Shown here: piece after piece, positions 1-6,227 of the stretch
How positions within the stretch are numbered: the stretch's first letter is position 1
Layout of the letters: the number at the start of each line of letters is the position of its first letter
Assembly: GCA_964387795.1 (NCBI GenBank)
Contig: CAYLYP010000071.1
Coordinates: 1-16,539 of the forward strand
From: an uncultured Bacteroidales bacterium
Lineage (GTDB): Bacteria; Bacteroidota; Bacteroidia; Bacteroidales; UBA7960
Length of the DNA: 16,539 nucleotides
Reading direction: 5' to 3'
Translations under genes and position numbers: made by a program
Notes under the pieces: generated by a model
The model's database searches: none
Told to the model about the DNA's origin: nothing
The model's input: the letters and a program-made list of their open reading frames with translations, nothing else

Positions 1-1001
1 GGAGTAAGGTCAAAGCCTCCGGGGCAAGCCCTGTGCCGTTTAAGCCCTGTGTTTCTTAAAAGAATGCTGTTGACATCAATACCATATTTCTTTCCAAGCC
101 TGCGTGCTTCGAAGAAGCCTTTTGTATATGACGAATAAAAATCTTTTAAGTCTGTATTGTTTGAAGCAAGCTTTTCATCAATTACCGGGTCAAAGCTTAA
201 GCGTTCAAGGCCGGGGTATTTGGAAGCAATCTCTAAAACCATTTCCTCTTGTCTGAATACATTAGCCGGGGTGATAATGGTATTCAGCGATGGCTTGATA
301 TTGGAGGCTAAAAGACTGATGATGTTTGTGCTTACCAATGAATGGTTTTTGCGTTGCAGGTTTTGAATATCTTCAAGGATATCAAACGAAATATTGGCTT
401 TGACATTATTGTGTTTTATCGTATCAATAATTTCTTTTGAAATCACTGAGCCATTGGAAGCAAAAGAGAAATGGATTGTAAACCCAAACTTATTGGCTTT
501 TTGGGATGCATAATCCAGCGCATGTTTCATGATATCCCAGGAGAGAAAAGGTTCGCCTCCGCCCCCAAAAGAGATATATAAATTACGGTTTGAAGTTCTT
601 TTTGGGTCAATAAAAAAATCAATGGTTTTTTCAAGCTTGAAAATACTCAGCTCCTCACCAGTGTGGCCTTTGGATGCATAACAATAGCTACATGAGAAAT
701 TGCATTTTGAATTGGGCAATATTGTAAGGGAGCAGGTTTCATGAGGCGATTGGATAATGTCATTTGGGTATTGATCGGGTATAGCTGTTAAAGCCTGCAC
801 TGCTTCAATGATGTCCCCATTATTGTTGATTTGAGGGGCATGAATAGCCTGGTGCAGGGTGTTTGCTTCTTCAGCAGATGCTATCAGCATATAGCCATTC
901 AGGGGTGCATAAATTAAATATGAGCTTGCTTCCTCCTGAGGTGTTGTATTTTCAAGGGGGATGAAAAAAATGTCGGAAAGTTCATTCTGAAAAGGTTTCA
1001 A
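1..1001 (-). CDS. Radical SAM/SPASM-domain peptide-maturase paralog, 3' partial (C-terminus lies beyond window position 1); starts with TTG at 999-1001; not in the supplied ORF track
   Basis: Manual minus-strand translation is open from 1001 to 1. It reads MKPFQNELSDIFFIPLENTTPQEEASSYLIYAPLNGYML...CNFSCSYCYASKGH...FGGGGEPFLSWD...ACPGGFDLTP. The CX3CX2C radical SAM motif and a GGEP motif are present. The protein is colinear with, and clearly paralogous to, the 1019..2389 protein (MKPFQNELSDIFFIP aligns with MKSSFVLENADIYPIP). The only in-frame ATG is at codon 36, so TTG at 999-1001 is the best start, 17 nt after the upstream gene's stop. Confidence 0.75.
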   Translation of the reverse strand, partial: MKPFQNELSDIFFIPLENTTPQEEASSYLIYAPLNGYMLIASAEEANTLHQAIHAPQINNNGDIIEAVQALTAIPDQYPNDIIQSPHETCSLTILPNSKCNFSCSYCYASKGHTGEELSIFKLEKTIDFFIDPKRTSNRNLYISFGGGGEPFLSWDIMKHALDYASQKANKFGFTIHFSFASNGSVISKEIIDTIKHNNVKANISFDILEDIQNLQRKNHSLVSTNIISLLASNIKPSLNTIITPANVFRQEEMVLEIASKYPGLERLSFDPVIDEKLASNNTDLKDFYSSYTKGFFEARRLGKKYGIDVNSILLRNTGLKRHRACPGGFDLT

Positions 1002-1018
1002 GGTGGCAATAGATTTGG

Positions 1019-2389
1019 TTATTCACAAATCCCTGTTGCACTCAACACGCTTTCTTTTAAGCTAAGCCCGGATTCTTTGAGATACTGTTGGTTTAATTTT
1101 TCAAGGATCATCCTTTTTGTAAAGTTCCTTGTAAACTCACATATTTCTTCAAGCGCCTCAGGCTGATAAACATATTTCCAGGCCATACAGCCACCCCCGC
1201 ATTGCCATTTTGCAAAACAGTATTTACATTTTTCTTTGCTGTAAACATTATCATCTGCAAGGCTTTGAAACTGGAGTTCATCTATGATGAGTTTATAATC
1301 CTTGTCAAAAAAACCATAAATGCTCTCTGAAAAGCCAGGATCGGCAGGAGCAGTGATACGTGTACACATACTAATCAAGCCATCAGGTGTGAGTGCAAAT
1401 TCACCGGGACAAAAGCGTTCAATCAGAAGGTTGAAATTGCGTGAAGCAGAGCATTCTACATTTTTACCATGTTCAAGACCTATCTTCCATGCTTTGAAAA
1501 AATGATTGATATATTGATTATAGAAATCCCTGAAATCCTGAGAGTTTTTAAATGACTCAGCATCCGTAACTGCCTCTGTCATAATGTCCGTTACCTTAGG
1601 ATAAACGGAAATCACTTCCTGGATCATTTGTTCCTGTAACAGGACGTTTTCAGGGGTAATGGTAGCCCTTAGCTTTGGAATTATCCCATTATCTATTAAT
1701 TGTTTGATGTTTCGGGAGACAATCTGGTAACTTCCCCTTTGCATGTTTTGGATGCTTTCAAGGATCTCGAATGAAACAGAAACCGTAACATTGTATTTTT
1801 TTAATACACTAATGATTTCATCATTAATGACAGAACCATTGGTGACAAGTGAAAAATCAGTCTTAAAGCCATGCGCATCAGCTAAAGCCTGCCCATATTC
1901 GAGGATGAATTTTACATGATCCCATGACAGCATAGGTTCTCCCCCTCCTAATATTGCAATAAAAAGCATTGGCGCCTTGATCCTTTTAGAATCTATAAAA
2001 TGCTCCAAGGTTTTTTTAAGGATTTCCTTATCAATGATTTTTCCTGATCTTCCCTGAGCCGAATAGCAATAGCTACATGAGAAATTACAAACATTATTGG
2101 GAAGTATGGCAAGACGGGTAAAATCGTTTGGAGATACGAGCCTGGCTGCTTTTTTCTCAGGGTCTTTCTCTGATAAAGCAATCATTGCCCCATGTATTTC
2201 TTCATCGGTGCAAGACCCTGGTGCTTTTATCCAATCTTCCATCTTTTGCACATAATCGGGGCTAACAATCATTGCATTGTCTGACCAGGGAGCATACATT
2301 AATACATAATCCTCTTCAGGGGCATCAAACCAACTGCCAACAGGGATTGGATAAATATCAGCATTTTCTAATACAAAGGAAGATTTCAT
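1019..2389 (-). CDS. Radical SAM enzyme with C-terminal SPASM domain; predicted peptide-modifying (RiPP) maturase carrying a ~100-aa N-terminal extension
   Basis: 456-aa ORF. CNFSCSYC (CX3CX2C) lies at residues 101-108. The C-terminal CKYCFAKWQCGGGC fits the SPASM CX2CX5CX3C signature, and CPGEF...MC upstream supplies further auxiliary-cluster cysteines. The N-terminal 100 residues precede the radical SAM core. No sulfatase is nearby, so this is not a sulfatase-maturase context. Confidence 0.85.
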   Translation of the reverse strand: MKSSFVLENADIYPIPVGSWFDAPEEDYVLMYAPWSDNAMIVSPDYVQKMEDWIKAPGSCTDEEIHGAMIALSEKDPEKKAARLVSPNDFTRLAILPNNVCNFSCSYCYSAQGRSGKIIDKEILKKTLEHFIDSKRIKAPMLFIAILGGGEPMLSWDHVKFILEYGQALADAHGFKTDFSLVTNGSVINDEIISVLKKYNVTVSVSFEILESIQNMQRGSYQIVSRNIKQLIDNGIIPKLRATITPENVLLQEQMIQEVISVYPKVTDIMTEAVTDAESFKNSQDFRDFYNQYINHFFKAWKIGLEHGKNVECSASRNFNLLIERFCPGEFALTPDGLISMCTRITAPADPGFSESIYGFFDKDYKLIIDELQFQSLADDNVYSKEKCKYCFAKWQCGGGCMAWKYVYQPEALEEICEFTRNFTKRMILEKLNQQYLKESGLSLKESVLSATGICE

Positions 2390-2415
2390 AAATGGGGACT
2401 TAAAATCATTAAAAA

Positions 2416-2459
2416 AATGGCACCACTGAATTCAATCTTTTGTATTCAATGGCACCACT
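2416..2459. repeat. Tandem direct repeats AATGGCACCACT (2416-2427 and 2448-2459; minus-strand reading AGTGGTGCCATT) in the precursor-maturase intergenic region, ending in a T7 run on the transcribed strand
   Basis: Seen directly. Two 12-nt identical copies 32 nt apart, each with an adjacent TTCAAT/GAATTC-containing sequence. Confidence 0.5.
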
Positions 2460-2473
2460 TAACTTTTCACCTT

Positions 2474-2631
2474 GGCGAAATTAGTTATTGCATTTGCAGC
2501 CACCACAATGGTCACAGCATCCATAACTGTTTTTCTTGGTGTCTTTCACTTTTACAACTTTTGTAAGCATAACTCCTTTTTTTAGTGGTAATGGTTTACT
2601 TAAATTGCGACTCAGTTGGGCGAAATTAGTT
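2474..2631. repeat. Direct repeat TTGG(G)CGAAATTAGTT (2471-2486 and 2615-2631) bracketing the Cys-peptide gene
   Basis: Seen directly. The downstream copy (relative to minus-strand transcription) covers the last two codons and stop of the peptide gene. The second copy sits about 50 nt upstream of the peptide ATG. Confidence 0.5.
2481..2570 (-). CDS. Small Cys-rich peptide, candidate RiPP precursor (29 aa: MLTKVVKVKDTKKNSYGCCDHCGGCKCNN)
   Basis: ATG at 2568-2570 and TAA at 2481-2483 on the minus strand. The ORF is too short for the supplied track. It has a Lys-rich N-terminal half and five Cys within the last 12 residues (CCDHCGGCKCNN). It sits 91 nt upstream of, and co-oriented with, the two tandem radical SAM/SPASM genes. 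A purine-rich AAAAAAAGGAG precedes the ATG. The nearest in-frame upstream codon that could matter is a TAG stop, with no alternative ATG. Confidence 0.6.
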   Translation of the reverse strand: MLTKVVKVKDTKKNSYGCCDHCGGCKCNN

Positions 2632-2708
2632 TCTATCCAATGAATACTCTGCTAAGGTAAAAAAATATTTAAATAACCAAAAAGAATTATAATAAAAATC
2701 ACTTTTTT

Positions 2709-2840
2709 ATGAAAGATGCACCTGCAACAGATGCTTTGCAGCAATATAGCCGTATCAGTAAATTAAGAAAGATTTTAATGGGTGTTGAAGAAGTAATAAC
2801 CTCCATTAAATGTCCAGTAAGACAGGTATTTGTGTTTTGA
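2709..2840 (+). CDS. Hypothetical 43-aa ORF (MKDAPATDALQQYSRISKLRKILMGVEEVITSIKCPVRQVFVF), divergent from the Cys-peptide/rSAM operon
   Basis: ATG-initiated ORF found by manual translation. It lies in the ~350-nt gap between the precursor gene and the permease gene. No recognizable motif; may be spurious. Confidence 0.2.
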   Translation: MKDAPATDALQQYSRISKLRKILMGVEEVITSIKCPVRQVFVF

Positions 2841-2893
2841 GTTGTTTCCTTAAGATACAATTGAGACAGTAGTTAAATACGATGCTATTTTTT

Positions 2894-2901
2894 CTAATTT
2901 T
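2894..2901 (+). promoter_or_regulatory. TAATTTTG, a match to the Bacteroidetes sigmaA -7 consensus TAnnTTTG, 20 nt upstream of the permease ATG
   Basis: Exact octamer match to TAnnTTTG. No well-spaced -33 TTTG was found. Confidence 0.3.
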
Positions 2902-2921
2902 GTATCCTTATCTTCAATCAG

Positions 2922-3851
2922 ATGGAAAAGAAGCCGGCAAACACGTTTGTGTATTATTCATTGCTTTGTGTTTTGATGCTTATATGGGGCTCGTCCTTTA
3001 TATTAATGAAAAAAGGCCTGATCAGCTTTACAGGCTTTCAATTAGGGGCATTGCGCATCAGTATAAGTTTTTTTGTTTTATTGCCTTTTGCGGTCATGCG
3101 AATATCAAAGGTATGGCATCAACACCGTAAGAGCCTGCTTTATTTCTTTCTGGCAGGATTAATAGGTAATGGGATCCCTGCATTTTTGTTTGCCATTGCC
3201 CAGACACGGATTGATAGTCTGTTGGCAGGGATTTTAAATTCTTTGACTCCTTTGTTTACAGTGATTGTAGGTGTTTCCCTTTTTGGGGCAAAGACCCGCT
3301 GGGCTAATGTAGCAGGTGTCCTTACGGGCCTGGTAGGGGCTATTGGTTTGATGGTTGCAAGCAGTGGGCAAAGTTTTTCAATCAATTCTGCTTATGGCTT
3401 GTTGATTGTAGCTGCCACAGTGTTATATGCATTTAACCTGAATATCATCAAACGCTTTTTATCTGCCTTTGATGCAATCACTATAACATCAGTGGCATTT
3501 TTAAGTTTTGCAATACCTTTTGTAATCTATTTATTTACAACTGATTTTATAAGCCGAATGGAAACAATGCCCCAGGCCTGGAGTAGCTTTGGATATATTG
3601 TACTGCTTTCGGTACTTGGAACAGCGATGGCAGTGATATTGCAAAACTGGCTTATCAAACAGACCTCGCCTTTGTTTGTTGCAAGTGTGACCTATCTGAT
3701 TCCTATTGTGGCAATATTTTGGGGCATTATTGATGGGGAACGTTTTGAAGCAGTTTATATCTTTTGGGTGGGTCTGATATTGGCTGGTGTCTATCTGGCT
3801 AACAGGCCTGATGGGGGATTTATTAAAAAACGGCTGGGGAAAAAAGTGTAG
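2922..3851 (+). CDS. DMT-superfamily (EamA-like) permease, about 10 predicted TM helices
   Basis: The 309-aa protein is hydrophobic throughout with two similar halves. This is the typical duplicated EamA architecture (e.g. LMLIWGSSFILMKKGL..., ...ILNSLTPLFTVIVGVSLFGAK...). Confidence 0.7.
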   Translation: MEKKPANTFVYYSLLCVLMLIWGSSFILMKKGLISFTGFQLGALRISISFFVLLPFAVMRISKVWHQHRKSLLYFFLAGLIGNGIPAFLFAIAQTRIDSLLAGILNSLTPLFTVIVGVSLFGAKTRWANVAGVLTGLVGAIGLMVASSGQSFSINSAYGLLIVAATVLYAFNLNIIKRFLSAFDAITITSVAFLSFAIPFVIYLFTTDFISRMETMPQAWSSFGYIVLLSVLGTAMAVILQNWLIKQTSPLFVASVTYLIPIVAIFWGIIDGERFEAVYIFWVGLILAGVYLANRPDGGFIKKRLGKKV

Positions 3852-4026
3852 TTGATCTTTTTGTTTTTCTGATATATACTTTCCCGGAGATTTCTTGAAA
3901 GGCTGATAATGAAGGAGAATAAGTGGTTTGGTGACTTGAAAGGCATAATAGTTCGGAGAGCAGGTGATGTATTCGTTTTTTTGGAATAATAATGGATAAA
4001 AAAGTTTGAATTACGAAAATAATTTT

Positions 4027-4034
4027 TAACTTTG
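4027..4034 (+). promoter_or_regulatory. TAACTTTG -7-type promoter element upstream of rplU (TTTG at 4005-4008 is a possible -33)
   Basis: Exact match to the TAnnTTTG consensus, 42 nt upstream of the rplU ATG. A TTTG lies 18 nt further upstream. Confidence 0.4.
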
Positions 4035-4076
4035 CAGCCCTAATTAAAAGAGTTCATATTTAAAACCTGGTAAACG

Positions 4077-4391
4077 ATGTATGCAATTGTTGACATAGCA
4101 GGCAGGCAATTCAAAGTAAGCAAAGACCAGAAGATTTTTGTTAACCGTTTGGACGCTGAAGAAGGCTCACAAGTGAGTTTTGATAAAGTGTATTTATTAG
4201 CAAACGAAAGCAAAATCGACGTAGGCGCCCCTGTTGTAACTGGTGCACAAGTTAAAGCCAAAGTGCTTTCGCACCCCAAAGCTGACAAAGTAACAATCTT
4301 CAAAAAGAAGAGAAGAAAGTCTTATCAAAAAAGGACTGGTCACCGTCAGCCTTTAACCCAGATTTTGATTGAAGAAATCATTTTGGGTTAA
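4077..4391 (+). CDS. rplU: 50S ribosomal protein L21
   Basis: MYAIVDIAGRQFKVSKDQKIFVNRLDAEEG... is a characteristic L21 N-terminus and length (104 aa). rpmA follows immediately. Confidence 0.95.
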   Translation: MYAIVDIAGRQFKVSKDQKIFVNRLDAEEGSQVSFDKVYLLANESKIDVGAPVVTGAQVKAKVLSHPKADKVTIFKKKRRKSYQKRTGHRQPLTQILIEEIILG

Positions 4392-4431
4392 TTAATGAAC
4401 CGTTTTTTGTTATAAAGAAAATTGAAATAAC

Positions 4432-4698
4432 ATGGCACACAAGAAAGGAGTCGGTAGTTCCAAGAACGGTAGGGAATCGCACAGTAAACGACTTGGTATT
4501 AAAATATTTGGCGGGCAGGCAGCCATTGCCGGAAATATTATTGTTAGACAAAGGGGTACCGTTCACAACCCTGGCGTTAATGTTGGTATCGGCAAAGACC
4601 ACACCTTATTTGCTACTTCAGATGGCATCGTGGTGTTCAGAAAAGGCAAAAACGATAAGTCTTTTGTTTCAGTGCTTCCAAAAGAAGCTCAGGCATAA
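4432..4698 (+). CDS. rpmA: 50S ribosomal protein L27
   Basis: [29 protein letters not shown]... is a canonical L27 N-terminus; 88 aa. Confidence 0.95.
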   Translation: MAHKKGVGSSKNGRESHSKRLGIKIFGGQAAIAGNIIVRQRGTVHNPGVNVGIGKDHTLFATSDGIVVFRKGKNDKSFVSVLPKEAQA

Positions 4699-4733
4699 GA
4701 AATCCAACAAGCCTTCGGGCATTAAAAGCATAA

Positions 4734-4771
4734 AAATCTCCCGCCAGTTAAGGTTGGGAGATTTTTGTTTA
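4734..4771 (+). terminator. Rho-independent terminator after rpmA
   Basis: AAAATCTCCC-(gccagttaaggtt)-GGGAGATTTT stem-loop followed by TGTTT, about 35 nt after the rpmA stop. Confidence 0.55.
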
Positions 4772-4782
4772 AAAGAATTCCT

Positions 4783-4790
4783 AACTTTGT
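4783..4790 (+). promoter_or_regulatory. TAACTTTG -7-type element upstream of serS, the same octamer as upstream of rplU
   Basis: Exact TAnnTTTG match 50 nt upstream of the serS ATG. The nearest upstream TTTG (4765-4768) is only 14 nt away, which is short spacing. Confidence 0.3.
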
Positions 4791-4839
4791 AAAGGAAAAA
4801 TAAATTCATCATATTAATGTTCAATAAACCTGTTTTCAA

Positions 4840-6111
4840 ATGCTTCAAATTAGCTTAATCCGCGAGAACCCCCAAGAGGTGATTGAAAGGCTCAAAATAA
4901 AAAATTTTGATGCAGCCCCACTGGTAAATCAACTTCTTGAAACTGATAAGCAACGTCGTGAGACCCAAAAATCCCTTGATGACCTTTTGGCTGAATCCAA
5001 CCAACTGGCAAAAGAAATTGGTCAGCTTTTTAAATCGGGAAAGACTTCGGAAGCCAATGAGAAGAAAGAAAGAACATTTGTGCTAAAACAACAGGTTAAG
5101 GAATTGGAAGACAAGTTGAATGTGCTTAAGGAAAGCTTCGACAATGCCCTTGTGTTGCTTCCCAATATCCCCCATTCATCTGTTCCGGCTGGCAGGACAG
5201 CTGAAGATAATGAGATTGTCCTTCAGGATGGTAGTATTCCTGTATTATTCGAAGGTGCCGTGCCTCATTGGGAACTTACTTCAAAGTATGATATCATAGA
5301 TTTTGAACTGGGCACCAAGATTACCGGTGCAGGTTTCCCTGTTTATAAGGGCAAAGGGGCAAAGCTTCAACGCGCATTGATAAATTTCTTTTTGGATTGT
5401 GCCGAGCAGGCAGGATATACCGAGTATCAGCCCCCTTTGATGGTGAATGAGGCTTCGGCTTATGGTACAGGCCAATTACCGGATAAAGAAGGGCAGATGT
5501 ACCATGCAACAATTGATAACCTGTATTTGATTCCCACTGCTGAAGTTCCTGTAACAAATATTTTCCGTGATGTAATATTACGCGAACAGGATTTACCTGT
5601 TAAGAGCACCGCTTACTCAGCTTGTTTCAGGCGTGAAGCAGGTTCTTATGGAAAAGATGTCAGGGGACTTAACAGGCTCCACCAGTTTGATAAAGTAGAA
5701 ATTGTTCAGGTTACACGCCCTGATAAATCCTATGAGACCCTTGAAGTTATGAGGGATTATGTGGCAGGGATACTTCGCAAACTTGAACTTCCATTTCGCA
5801 TTGTAAGACTTTGTGGGGGTGATATGAGCTTCGCTTCCGCACTGACTTATGATATGGAGGTCTTTTCTGCTGCACAAAAACGTTGGCTTGAAGTGAGCTC
5901 TGTATCAAACTTTGAATCATTCCAATCAAACAGGATGAAGCTTCGCATTAAAGGCAATGATGGAAAAACAGAACTTGCACATACCCTTAATGGTAGTGCC
6001 CTGGCTTTGCCCCGTATCGTAGCCTCTATCCTTGAAAACAATCAAACCCCCGAAGGTATACGTATTCCTAAAGCATTGGTGAAATTCACCGGCTTTGAAT
6101 ACATCAATTAA
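4840..6111 (+). CDS. serS: Seryl-tRNA synthetase (class II)
   Basis: 423 aa. The N-terminal coiled-coil arm (MLQISLIRENPQEV...LKELEDKLN) and class-II catalytic motifs (...YSACFRREAGSYGKDVRGLNRLHQFDKVE..., ...GSALALPRIVASILENNQ) match SerRS. Confidence 0.95.
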   Translation: MLQISLIRENPQEVIERLKIKNFDAAPLVNQLLETDKQRRETQKSLDDLLAESNQLAKEIGQLFKSGKTSEANEKKERTFVLKQQVKELEDKLNVLKESFDNALVLLPNIPHSSVPAGRTAEDNEIVLQDGSIPVLFEGAVPHWELTSKYDIIDFELGTKITGAGFPVYKGKGAKLQRALINFFLDCAEQAGYTEYQPPLMVNEASAYGTGQLPDKEGQMYHATIDNLYLIPTAEVPVTNIFRDVILREQDLPVKSTAYSACFRREAGSYGKDVRGLNRLHQFDKVEIVQVTRPDKSYETLEVMRDYVAGILRKLELPFRIVRLCGGDMSFASALTYDMEVFSAAQKRWLEVSSVSNFESFQSNRMKLRIKGNDGKTELAHTLNGSALALPRIVASILENNQTPEGIRIPKALVKFTGFEYIN

Positions 6112-6120
6112 CATAAAAAT

Positions 6121-6178
6121 ACCCGTTGTGATTTTGATATCGCTTTCTATGACTCAAATCACAACGGGTTTGCTTTTA
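6121..6178 (+). terminator. Stem-loop terminator after serS
   Basis: ACCCGTTGTGATTT ... AAATCACAACGGGT is a 14-bp perfect stem with a 22-nt loop, followed by TTGCTTTTAT. It begins 10 nt after the serS stop. Confidence 0.55.
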
Positions 6179-6227
6179 TATAGTTTAAACATTCTTTTCC
6201 CTTTTGACTTTTTAACTCATTTGTAAT

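Noticed and set aside
157-366. 69-aa plus-strand ORF from the supplied track
   Set aside because: It lies entirely antisense to the newly recognized rSAM paralog (1..1001, minus strand), which has strong motif support. No features of its own.
1320-2181. Small ORFs 1320..1505 (+) and 1993..2181 (-) inside the 456-aa rSAM gene
   Set aside because: They are alternative-frame or antisense ORFs nested within a well-supported CDS, with no independent signal.
1019-2389. Possibility that the rSAM/SPASM enzymes are anaerobic sulfatase-maturating enzymes (anSME), which share the CX3CX2C + SPASM architecture
   Set aside because: anSMEs start the rSAM motif within about 25 residues of the N-terminus and sit next to sulfatases. 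Here both enzymes have about 100-aa N-terminal extensions, they occur as a tandem pair, no sulfatase is in the window, and a Cys-rich micro-ORF sits immediately upstream. The anSME option cannot be fully excluded without an HMM search.
2571-2581. AAAAAAAGGAG upstream of the Cys-peptide ATG read as a Shine-Dalgarno site
   Set aside because: The GGAG is separated from the ATG by only 2 nt, which is too short for canonical SD spacing, and Bacteroidetes largely lack SD-dependent initiation. It is treated only as purine-rich context, not as evidence.
2882-3385. ORFs 2882..3130 (+) and 3140..3385 (-) from the track
   Set aside because: They overlap the DMT permease CDS in other frames or antisense. 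The permease frame has coherent TM-helix periodicity across all 309 aa.
4040-4792. ORFs 4040..4303 (-), 4378..4602 (-) and 4493..4792 (+)
   Set aside because: They overlap or lie antisense to the unmistakable rplU and rpmA genes and their terminator.
5281-6114. Six short minus-strand ORFs inside serS
   Set aside because: They are antisense to a full-length class-II SerRS with intact motifs.
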